From Nitrospirota bacterium (GTDB lineage Bacteria; JACPQY01), in assembly GCA_016180645.1 (NCBI GenBank), contig JACPAV010000022.1, forward strand, positions 1 through 59,716: a DNA stretch of 59,716 bases, read 5' to 3'. Positions within the stretch are counted from its first letter, which is position 1; each line of letters begins with the position of its first letter. Of the stretch, positions 19,037 through 26,431 are shown in pieces. Below the pieces are notes generated by a model. That model did no database searches and was not told where the DNA came from. It saw only the letters and a program-made list of their open reading frames with translations. The position numbers and the translations under genes are program-made.

Positions 19037-20233
19037 CTACAACACCCTCCAGATTCCCCGCCCCGGAAGATAGCACTCCTCCTGAACAAATTCGTCTTTC
19101 GCCGTGATCAAGAATCCCTCGGGGACATTCTCCCAATGCCGCAGATCGGGTCTCACCGCACTTTCCAGAACTTCCGGCGCCTTGGACATGATCGCCGAAC
19201 CACCCTTCACGGAAACCTCGCATAGAGCGGCCGTTCCCCTGAGCTGGATATCATCCCCGCTGTCCAGCCCTACCGCTCCTTGGGCCGCACCCTGAAGGGA
19301 CGCAATCGCGAGCCCCAGCGCCACGCCGCTTCCGCATCCGCCTACCATCACCGCCGAGCCCGCTGCAACGGTGGTAATGCTGTACGCCATCCCTATCGGC
19401 AACCGGATCCAACTCTTGGCAAACATGAGGGGGTGGTACCGGTGCTGGTGCCGCATCGCAATCTTGTTGAACCAAGCGGTTGTCGAAATTCTCACGCCTG
19501 TCGGCGATGCACACTCGGTCACAAACTCCTTGTTCGTCCACACCTTGAGGTACCCTTGCTTCGGATGGATAAACTGGAGATCCCACAGGACCTCCGGGAA
19601 TTGCCCAAAGGCGAAGATCTTCCAATCGGATGTCGCATTCGGATGCAGGTCGATTTTCTCCACGCGCCCCGCGGCGTATGCACGAATGGTGTCCCCCACT
19701 TGATCGAACTCCCCCAGCCGGCTCCAGTCCACCCGCGCTTCCTCCGCATCCCCGTGTTTTTCCCACATGATCGCCTGGAGAAGAATGTTCACCGGATCTT
19801 CCCCTCGCGTGTAGAGAACCGCGCGCATCTCATCATTCATCCGGCGCAGCTCGACTTGTGAATCCTCGAACTCGTTCTTCTTCATGTAGCTCGCAGAAAT
19901 CAGAAAAGACAGATAGGCTCTCTCGTAGCTTTCGAGCACATAGCCGGTCGCCATGTCCTCCGGGATGAAAATACTCGCCACCTCTCTCGACCAGAAATGC
20001 GTCTTGTGCGTGTACTTCCGCAGGGCCTTGCTTCCGTATTTGATCACCAAGTCGTAACACTGCGATCGATAGGCCGTCGAGATGAGATTCAACGCTTGAA
20101 TCGGCCGGCGAAAGCTCAGACGGTCCTGAACATCCTCACATGAATAGACATCGGGGAGATCGTCGTCCGGCTCGACGTAGGGCACACAGCCGGCGAAGAG
20201 GAGCAAGAAGGCCCCCACACCGGAAAACCGCAT
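19037..20233 (-). CDS. Hypothetical lipoprotein, COG3014-like
   Basis: Lipobox LFAGC; Y..ESYERAYLSFLISASY...VELRR helical motif. Confidence 0.65.
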   Translation of the reverse strand: MRFSGVGAFLLLFAGCVPYVEPDDDLPDVYSCEDVQDRLSFRRPIQALNLISTAYRSQCYDLVIKYGSKALRKYTHKTHFWSREVASIFIPEDMATGYVLESYERAYLSFLISASYMKKNEFEDSQVELRRMNDEMRAVLYTRGEDPVNILLQAIMWEKHGDAEEARVDWSRLGEFDQVGDTIRAYAAGRVEKIDLHPNATSDWKIFAFGQFPEVLWDLQFIHPKQGYLKVWTNKEFVTECASPTGVRISTTAWFNKIAMRHQHRYHPLMFAKSWIRLPIGMAYSITTVAAGSAVMVGGCGSGVALGLAIASLQGAAQGAVGLDSGDDIQLRGTAALCEVSVKGGSAIMSKAPEVLESAVRPDLRHWENVPEGFLITAKDEFVQEECYLPGRGIWRVL

Positions 20234-20236
20234 CCT

Positions 20237-21736
20237 CTACCTCGCGGGGGCGGGGGGGGGGACCGACGGAAGCCGCTTCTGGTAGGGCATGCCGAGAATC
20301 TGCTTCATGATTTTCACCATGCGCCACAGAAGCCAGTTCTTGATGAACGGGAATACCGTTGCGGGCGCGAAATACGGATTTTTCGTTCCGCCGATCCCGG
20401 CAATGTAAAGCGCCTGCTCGGCGACCGATACGGGACATCCATACGCCCGCATGACCTGCTGTTTTCTCCGGAACAGGAGATTCCGGAATACCACCGCCAT
20501 CTTGATGAAAATGTCCGTGAACTTTGCGTGGTACGGGTCCTTGTGCCGACGGTCCTTGTAAACGGAGCCGACTTCCACATCCTTTCCGGCAATCCTCCCC
20601 TTCCAGTTCGCGCAGTCGCCGATGAATACAACCTTCTCGCCCGGCTTCGCGTCGATCGGCCCCTTATAGGCGCCGAACACCACGTGAAATGGTTTCATCT
20701 TGGCGTCCGCCTTCTCGTCCAACTGCCGGATAATCTCGATCGCCTCCTCCATCGCACCGGGACAGCCCCCCCAACAGTAACTCGTCCTTTCCGGCTCGGG
20801 CGGCGGCCCTGCATACGCCCGAATCCGCGTACCCTCGAAATACTTCTCCACGCGCACGAGCCCCACTTTGAACCCCTTGGCTCGCGCACGGGCTTGGTCC
20901 AGGGTGACATCGCCCTCGACCGAAATCTCCTCTAACGCGATCGGTCCGAATCCACGCTCCGACACAATACGAATGTGATCCACCGTTTTCGGTTCGAGCC
21001 CGATGATTCGGCAGCACACGGCATCGACCGCCACGCTGTTGTTCCCCATGATGATCAGTTTGAGATCGAAGGGGATGGGCGTAAGCATCCGTCCCTGCCC
21101 GGCGATGATCGCGTCGATAGCGATGAATTTCGGCTGAATGATCGCCTGAAGGTCCGCAATCTTCTCGTCAAGCCGATGGTCGTGGTCGATCAGGCGATGG
21201 CGGTCGTCTTGAATCCCGATGTAGTTTTTCAGCGAGAACGTCACGGTCGTCCACGGGTGGGCCTTGAATTTGGGGCAGTTCACCAGGAAATCGCATTTCG
21301 CGATCGGCTCCGGCGTAAAGACGTAGTCCCGCATCCGCCCGGCATGGGTGTACCGCACCTCCGCTTGCGGCACTTCGTCGAAATGGTACACCTTCGCCCG
21401 GTGCTTCCTGGCGATCGGATAATACCCGGCCTGCGAAAAAGCCATTCGCGTCGGCATTGTAATTCCACACCGCTCCCCCACGGCCAGCTCCGCCATCTCT
21501 CCACCGTCCCGATCTCGAAGGGCGCCGAGAACGCCGTCGATGAATTCAGGCCGCGTGAAGGCGTGCGGGAAGATCTCCTTGTGCGCGATGACGACGTTCG
21601 GCTTGATCAGCGTCCGGCCGCGCGGCCTGAGATCCAAAGCCTCCAACCCCTCTCGAACGATGGCGTGAATCCGATCCGCGTCGTAAGATTCGCAGTGGCG
21701 GAGAATCACCCGGGGTTTTTCATTCGGCGCGGCCAT
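20237..21736 (-). CDS. DUF362 family protein with C-terminal Cys-containing extension
   Basis: TLIKPNVV, FTRPEF, VNCPKFKAH, TFSLKNYIG, DAIIAGQG..P, NSVAVDAVCC; extension carries CWGGC...GDC...GCP. Confidence 0.85.
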   Translation of the reverse strand: MAAPNEKPRVILRHCESYDADRIHAIVREGLEALDLRPRGRTLIKPNVVIAHKEIFPHAFTRPEFIDGVLGALRDRDGGEMAELAVGERCGITMPTRMAFSQAGYYPIARKHRAKVYHFDEVPQAEVRYTHAGRMRDYVFTPEPIAKCDFLVNCPKFKAHPWTTVTFSLKNYIGIQDDRHRLIDHDHRLDEKIADLQAIIQPKFIAIDAIIAGQGRMLTPIPFDLKLIIMGNNSVAVDAVCCRIIGLEPKTVDHIRIVSERGFGPIALEEISVEGDVTLDQARARAKGFKVGLVRVEKYFEGTRIRAYAGPPPEPERTSYCWGGCPGAMEEAIEIIRQLDEKADAKMKPFHVVFGAYKGPIDAKPGEKVVFIGDCANWKGRIAGKDVEVGSVYKDRRHKDPYHAKFTDIFIKMAVVFRNLLFRRKQQVMRAYGCPVSVAEQALYIAGIGGTKNPYFAPATVFPFIKNWLLWRMVKIMKQILGMPYQKRLPSVPPPAPAR

Positions 21737-21762
21737 GGTGAGTAGGGTATCATGCCGCGTGG

Positions 21763-22191
21763 ATGCTTGAAAGAACGCGTTGGATCACCGGACCCCTGGC
21801 CTTGTTCGATCTCGGCCTGGGGGGGATCGCCGTCCTCTGGCCGGACGTATACGCGAGCCTCATGCACGGGCCCCTTCACCCTGACGCGTTCGCGCTCATC
21901 CACAGAACCGGCGTCCTTTGGCTCTTCTTTTCGCTCTGCGAGTTCGCCGCGTTCCTGAGGTGCGAAAGATGGCCGGCCACGATCCTCGCCGTTGCAATTC
22001 TTCGCCTGATGGACGTCCCGGCGGACACTGTCTACTTCGTGACCTCCACCACGCTCACCTTCCTGGGCCGATCCTCGCTCCTCATCGCGCCGTTCTTCAA
22101 TCTCGCCGTCGGCGCCTATCTTTTCTCGGCTTGGAAACGCCGACCCACGGCGGCTGCGCCTGGACGCAACCGCCGCCCCGAATCCCGCTGA
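21763..22191 (+). CDS. Hypothetical 4-TM membrane protein
   Basis: Four hydrophobic segments; ends 3 nt before the LysR start. Confidence 0.65.
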   Translation: MLERTRWITGPLALFDLGLGGIAVLWPDVYASLMHGPLHPDAFALIHRTGVLWLFFSLCEFAAFLRCERWPATILAVAILRLMDVPADTVYFVTSTTLTFLGRSSLLIAPFFNLAVGAYLFSAWKRRPTAAAPGRNRRPESR

Positions 22192-22194
22192 TCC

Positions 22195-23088
22195 ATGGAC
22201 ATTCACCAGCTCCGAACATTTCTCGCGGTTCTGGAACACGCCAGCTTTTCCGGTGCGGCGGAAGCCATCCACCTGACGCAATCCACCGTCAGTTTCCACA
22301 TCAAGTCGCTGGAAACCGAGGTCGGAACGCGGTTGATTGATCGCCGCCGCGGAAAAGCGCGTCCCACCGCTGCCGGCCGCACCCTCCAGGAATACGCCGG
22401 CAAGATCGTCTCCCTCCGTGGGGAAGCCATGGCCCGAATGCAATCCGAGCAGCGCGGTGAAGTAGGAACCGTCACCGTCTCGGCCTCCACCATCCCGGGC
22501 GAATACCTTCTCCCCCCCTTTCTCGCCTCGTTCAACCGACTCCATCCAAAGGTCCAAATCGACCTCCGGATTTCGGATTCTCAGCAGGCCCTCCAGGAAC
22601 TCCTCGGCGAGAAATGTGATGTCGCCCTGCTTGGATCGAGGCCGCCGGCCGCCCGGGTGACCTCCGAGCCCTTCGCCCCGGATGACCTCATCCTCGTTGC
22701 GCCTGCTCCCAACCCGTTCACCCCCTGGCCCCGCGTCACCCATGCCGAACTCATGCACGTTCCGCTGATTCTTCGGGAAACCGGCTCCGGAACTCAACGA
22801 GCCACCCTCGAATTCTTCAGGAAGGCTCATCTCGACCCGGGCCGATTCACCCACGCGCTCCGCGTGGGCAGCACCCAGGCCGCCAGGCAGAGCGTGATCG
22901 CGGGCGCCGGCATGACGTTCATTTCGCGATGCGCCGTAGAGACCGACCTACGGGCCGGCGTTCTCACTCGCATCGCGTGTCCCAGGACCCCCATCCGGCG
23001 GCACATCTTCCTCGCCCGGTTGAAGAACGCGACTCTGTCTCTGCCGGCCCGGGCACTCATCGATTTCCTCCGATCACACATTCGATAG
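22195..23088 (+). CDS. LysR family regulator resembling the selenium-metabolism-associated / CysL-like subgroup
   Basis: HTH MDIHQLRTF...SFSGAAEAIHLTQSTVSFHIKSLE; ASTIPGEYLLP; LILRETGSGT. The subgroup call is from recalled motif similarity only. Confidence 0.88.
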   Translation: MDIHQLRTFLAVLEHASFSGAAEAIHLTQSTVSFHIKSLETEVGTRLIDRRRGKARPTAAGRTLQEYAGKIVSLRGEAMARMQSEQRGEVGTVTVSASTIPGEYLLPPFLASFNRLHPKVQIDLRISDSQQALQELLGEKCDVALLGSRPPAARVTSEPFAPDDLILVAPAPNPFTPWPRVTHAELMHVPLILRETGSGTQRATLEFFRKAHLDPGRFTHALRVGSTQAARQSVIAGAGMTFISRCAVETDLRAGVLTRIACPRTPIRRHIFLARLKNATLSLPARALIDFLRSHIR

Positions 23089-23093
23089 TTGAC

Positions 23094-23108
23094 ATCGATA
23101 ATATCGAT
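23094..23108. promoter_or_regulatory. LysR-type T-N11-A palindrome
   Basis: ATCGAT-AAT-ATCGAT perfect inverted repeat, about 10 nt upstream of TTGACG (23118-23123). Confidence 0.65.
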
Positions 23109-23154
23109 ATTACTTTCTTGACGGCGGATCTCCATCAAAGATCAAATACTCCCC

Positions 23155-24195
23155 ATGTCTACTCGATGGACGACCCCCCGCCCCTGGACCCGCCCTTCGG
23201 GGGCTGGATGGCGGGTTGGGCTTGGGTTCCTCGCGGCCTTTTCCTTTGCGGCCGCGTCTGCCCGGGAGCCGGAAATCGAAACGCGCTTGGCCCCCCGGTC
23301 GCGCACATTCGAATTCCGTTACGAGGTCACCCTTCCCGCGCCGGCGGCAGGCACGGCCAAGCTGGAGGCATGGTTGCCTCTTCCCATGGAGGACGATTTC
23401 CAGAAGGTTGAGAAAATCCGAATCGAGGGGGCGGCGGCCGTCGTCGGACGCGACCCCAAGTACGGCAATTCCATGGCCTATATCCGTTTCGATTCAAAGA
23501 ACGGCGCCGCATCCCCCGTCCAAGTCACCCTAACCGCCGACATCACCCGCCTCGAACAAAGGCCCCGTCGAGCCGAGCAAGATGGGGCCGGGCCGACCGC
23601 GGTTCCTGCGCTCTTTTTGCAACCTTCGGAAAAGATGGTTCTGACCGATCCCATCCGAGCCCTGGCGCGCAAGGTGACGCGAGGGAAGGCGTCGGACCTC
23701 GAAAAAGTGCGGGCGCTGTACGAATACGTCGCCGCCTTCATGCGATACGACAAGTCCGGCAAGGGCTGGGGCGAAGGCGATGTAAGATTCTGCCTCCGGG
23801 AAGCGCGCGGAAACTGCTCCGATTTCCATTCCCTCTTCGGTTCCCTCGCCCTAGCCCTCGGGATCCCCGTCCGATTCTCCATCGGCTTCCCCCTGCCGCC
23901 GGACAAACCGGAAGGCGTCATCGGCGGCTACCATTGCTGGGCCGAGGCCTACGTCGCCGGGACGGGCTGGCTTCCGGTGGACATCTCGGAGGCGGACAAA
24001 CATCCGGAGAAACACGATTACTACTTCGGGGCACTGGACGAAAACCGGGTCAGATTCTCCGAAGGACGCGACATTCCCCTCGAACCACCTCCGGCCTCGG
24101 CCAAGGCGCTGAACTTCTTCATCTATCCCCACGTGGAGGCGGACGGCCGGCCGGTGAAGGACGTCACCACGCGGTTCTCCTTCCGGAATCTCTAG
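23155..24195 (+). CDS. Exported transglutaminase-like domain protein
   Basis: Signal peptide; catalytic-triad motifs GNCSDFHSLF, YHCWAEAY and WLPVD. Confidence 0.9.
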   Translation: MSTRWTTPRPWTRPSGAGWRVGLGFLAAFSFAAASAREPEIETRLAPRSRTFEFRYEVTLPAPAAGTAKLEAWLPLPMEDDFQKVEKIRIEGAAAVVGRDPKYGNSMAYIRFDSKNGAASPVQVTLTADITRLEQRPRRAEQDGAGPTAVPALFLQPSEKMVLTDPIRALARKVTRGKASDLEKVRALYEYVAAFMRYDKSGKGWGEGDVRFCLREARGNCSDFHSLFGSLALALGIPVRFSIGFPLPPDKPEGVIGGYHCWAEAYVAGTGWLPVDISEADKHPEKHDYYFGALDENRVRFSEGRDIPLEPPPASAKALNFFIYPHVEADGRPVKDVTTRFSFRNL

Positions 24196-24196
24196 C

Positions 24197-24291
24197 GACG
24201 GGGCCGTAGCTGGGCTACCTCCCGACTGCAAATCGGGCAGCGGTTGACTTCAACGTCGCCGGGTGGGTTCGACTCCCATTCCCCGTCTGCA
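24197..24291 (+). tRNA. Non-canonical tRNA-Sec-like tRNA with GCA (Cys) anticodon and U discriminator (selC*-like tRNA-Cys or tRNA-Sec variant)
   Basis: Acceptor GACGGGG/CCCCGTC; D arm GTAGC-TGG-GCTAC; anticodon arm CCCGA-CTGCAAA-TCGGG; ~24-nt variable arm; T arm GTGGG-TTCGACT-CCCAT plus one extra T; discriminator T24288; CCA not encoded (GCA follows). Confidence 0.8.
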
Positions 24292-24390
24292 CGTTCGATC
24301 CCGACCCCCACGATGGGGGAAGTGCCGCGGGAGGGCAGGATGCCCGGAGCGGCCCATCCCCCGTCTCCGCCGATTTACGCTTCTCCCTAT

Positions 24391-24426
24391 TATCTGTAAC
24401 ATCTGATATATCTGATTACACAGATA
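24391..24426. promoter_or_regulatory. 9-bp-period ATCTG repeats upstream of the AbrB/HgcC-like gene (probable operator)
   Basis: TATCTGTAA-CATCTGATA-TATCTGATT followed by the inverted ACAGATA. Confidence 0.55.
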
Positions 24427-24433
24427 TATCAAA

Positions 24434-24480
24434 GGCCATGTTCCATGCCGCGCCGTCCATGGCGCGGCGACCGATCATGG
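24434..24480 (-). repeat. 47-bp dispersed hairpin repeat (copy B)
   Basis: Reverse complement is 41/47 identical to 7398-7444. Confidence 0.85.
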
Positions 24481-24513
24481 CCCCTTACCATCCTATGAAA
24501 GGGGAGGTGTTCG

Positions 24514-24795
24514 ATGAAACGGACACGATCGAAAACCGAAGGCGCGTGCTGCGCGCCGGGAACCGACATCACGGGTTGTTGCAAAGTGGAGGCCGTCGTC
24601 CCCATCGATGAGCGGGGACAAATGGTCCTCCCCAAAGAGGTCCGGGACAAAGCCGGGATCAAAGCGGGCGACAAGCTCGCCGTCATCAGTTGCGGGACCG
24701 GCAGTCCCATCGGCTGCCTCTGCGTCGTGCGGGCGGACGCCATGGGCGGGATCCTGAAATCCTTCCTCGGCCCCCTGCTCAAGGATCTGGTGTAG
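24514..24795 (+). CDS. AbrB/MazE/SpoVT-type regulator of the HgcAB-associated (HgcC-like) family
   Basis: GCCKVEAVVPIDERGQMVLPKEVRDKAGIKAGDKLAVISC; two CC pairs; SD GGAGG. Confidence 0.8.
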   Translation: MKRTRSKTEGACCAPGTDITGCCKVEAVVPIDERGQMVLPKEVRDKAGIKAGDKLAVISCGTGSPIGCLCVVRADAMGGILKSFLGPLLKDLV

Positions 24796-24797
24796 TC

Positions 24798-25493
24798 ATG
24801 ACGGCACCGGCCATGACGCACGGGATGATCGAGGCCCAAGCGCCGCCCCAGACCATCCGCAGGGTCTACAACTTCTGGAGCCTTTTCTACGGCACGCTGG
24901 CGGCCCCTCTCGAACGAAAGCCGCGGCTGCGAGGTCTGGACCTCGCAGCCGTCAAGCCCCGGGAAAAGATCCTCGAAGTCGCCGTGGGGCCCGGCGCCAC
25001 GTTCTTGGAGATCCTCAAGCGTGTCGATCAATCCACAGTTGTATCCGGCGTGGATCTCTCTCCTCGGATGCTTGACACCACTCGGCGGGCGGCCACACGC
25101 GCGGGCTACGACAACGTCGACCTGCAATTGGCCGACGCACGCCGGCTCCCCTTCGCCGACGGGTCGTTCGATGTCCTGTACAACAGCTACATGCTGGACT
25201 TGATCCCGCTGGATGAACTTGGGGGCATCCTTTCCGAGTTCAAGAGGGTGCTGCGGCCGGGCGGTCGAATGGTCCTGGTCAACATGAGCAAGTCGAGCGG
25301 AGAAGACCGGACCTTCTGGGAGCGCCTCTATCTTGCCGCCCCGAAGAGCTGGGTACCCTATCTGTTCGGTGGATGCCGTCCCGTTCTCATGGAGGGTCCG
25401 TTGAAACACACGGGATTCCGCGAGGTGAAACGTGAATTCATCGCGGGACCGCTTCCCTCGGAAATCGTAGGCGCAAGAAAACCGGCGTCTTGA
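24798..25493 (+). CDS. Class I SAM-dependent methyltransferase (UbiE-like)
   Basis: ILEVAVGPG, GVDLSPRML, ADARRLPFADGSFD, RVLRPGG; starts 2 nt after the upstream stop. Confidence 0.9.
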   Translation: MTAPAMTHGMIEAQAPPQTIRRVYNFWSLFYGTLAAPLERKPRLRGLDLAAVKPREKILEVAVGPGATFLEILKRVDQSTVVSGVDLSPRMLDTTRRAATRAGYDNVDLQLADARRLPFADGSFDVLYNSYMLDLIPLDELGGILSEFKRVLRPGGRMVLVNMSKSSGEDRTFWERLYLAAPKSWVPYLFGGCRPVLMEGPLKHTGFREVKREFIAGPLPSEIVGARKPAS

Positions 25494-25499
25494 AGGGGT

Positions 25500-25606
25500 A
25501 AAAAAAAAGCGCGCGGGCCCCCTGCGAGGATACGGGGGAGCGAGGGGACCCGCGCTATGTGGGCTTCATTCCTATTGAGGTCGCCCGCTTTGAACCAGCC
25601 TCAATA
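25500..25606 (-). ncRNA. Candidate small RNA (two hairpins, C-rich loop, intrinsic terminator)
   Basis: Minus-strand TAGACA-N17-TATGTT promoter (25640-25612); 10-bp stem 25571-25580/25599-25608; 13-bp terminator stem 25511-25523/25543-25555 followed by U9. Confidence 0.55.
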
Positions 25607-25854
25607 GGGGCAACATACAATATCCCAATTACCTTGTCTAGTGCCTGTGAAAATGGCCGCCGAAATGTTACACCCATTCGGGGCGGTGTGTTTTCAGCCG
25701 ACCGAGCCTCAGAACTGAATTTGCTTGACCCCATATCTCATCCTCGGGAACTACTTTGGACTAATCGGGTCCACTTGTCAAGCCCCCTTTCGATGGAATT
25801 GTTCCCCTGGAATGGTATAAGGGGGGCGGTCCCGAAAGGAGGGCCGTACACACA

Positions 25855-26394
25855 ATTCCGCTGGATATCTTCATTAACCTGCTGGTCGGGTCAGCTTTCG
25901 CATTCGCCTGCGGCAGAGAGGGAATCAAGGACGGGTCGATTCGTTCCGCCGCCCTGCTCCGCGCCGTTGGGGTGGTCTTGGTCACGTTCGTTCCCTTCGC
26001 GGCCTACTACGTCGCCCGTTACCCCGACTGGAGCTGGATGTATCTTTTCCCCAGCGACACCCTTCCGGCCTACCTCACCTATGGGATGTTGTTCGCCTAT
26101 GTGGCGGCGGTGTGGGTGGGATTTCAAATGAGCGCAGCGTTGCTCAAAAAAGGGTCGATTCTGCCTGCCCGGCTGAACATGGTGGGAGATGCACTATTCT
26201 TGGTTGTCATCACCGGCTGGGGTTGGCACCGGCTTCTATACGCCGGAACGTACGCCGACTACCAAGCCGGCACCGCGCCCATGATTTTTCGCACGCCGCT
26301 CTTCTGGGCGGTTATCGCGCTCGGCGCGGTCTTCCTTCCCGCGCTGGGGTTAATGCTCCGCCGGACTCGATCGAACCGGCCCGCCACCAGCTAG
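25855..26394 (+). CDS. Membrane protein, paralog of 39447-40265; probable non-AUG (ATT) start or lost start codon
   Basis: Frame is open upstream of GTG 25972: IPLDIFINLLVGSAFAFAC aligns with MVQVDVFWSYALGAGFAVAA. SD AAAGGAGG at 25835-25842. Confidence 0.65.
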   Translation: MPLDIFINLLVGSAFAFACGREGIKDGSIRSAALLRAVGVVLVTFVPFAAYYVARYPDWSWMYLFPSDTLPAYLTYGMLFAYVAAVWVGFQMSAALLKKGSILPARLNMVGDALFLVVITGWGWHRLLYAGTYADYQAGTAPMIFRTPLFWAVIALGAVFLPALGLMLRRTRSNRPATS

Positions 26395-26431
26395 CCATCG
26401 ATCAATCACCGCGGACGATTCGCGCTCTCAC

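Noticed and set aside
23812-23870. SECIS-like hairpin after the transglutaminase catalytic Cys codon
   Set aside because: I could not see a convincing stem-loop 3' of the TGC. I also found no credible in-frame UGA selenoprotein in the window.
24244-24254. CTTCAA in the variable arm as a Sec (TCA) anticodon loop
   Set aside because: It lacks a 5-bp stem with a 7-nt loop. The proper anticodon arm is CCCGA-CTGCAAA-TCGGG.
24514-25493. Mercury methylation locus
   Set aside because: No hgcA cap-helix motif or hgcB ferredoxin is present in the window.
25559-26131. 190-aa ORF across the intergenic region
   Set aside because: It has no motif and overlaps the sRNA candidate and the better-supported membrane-protein frame.
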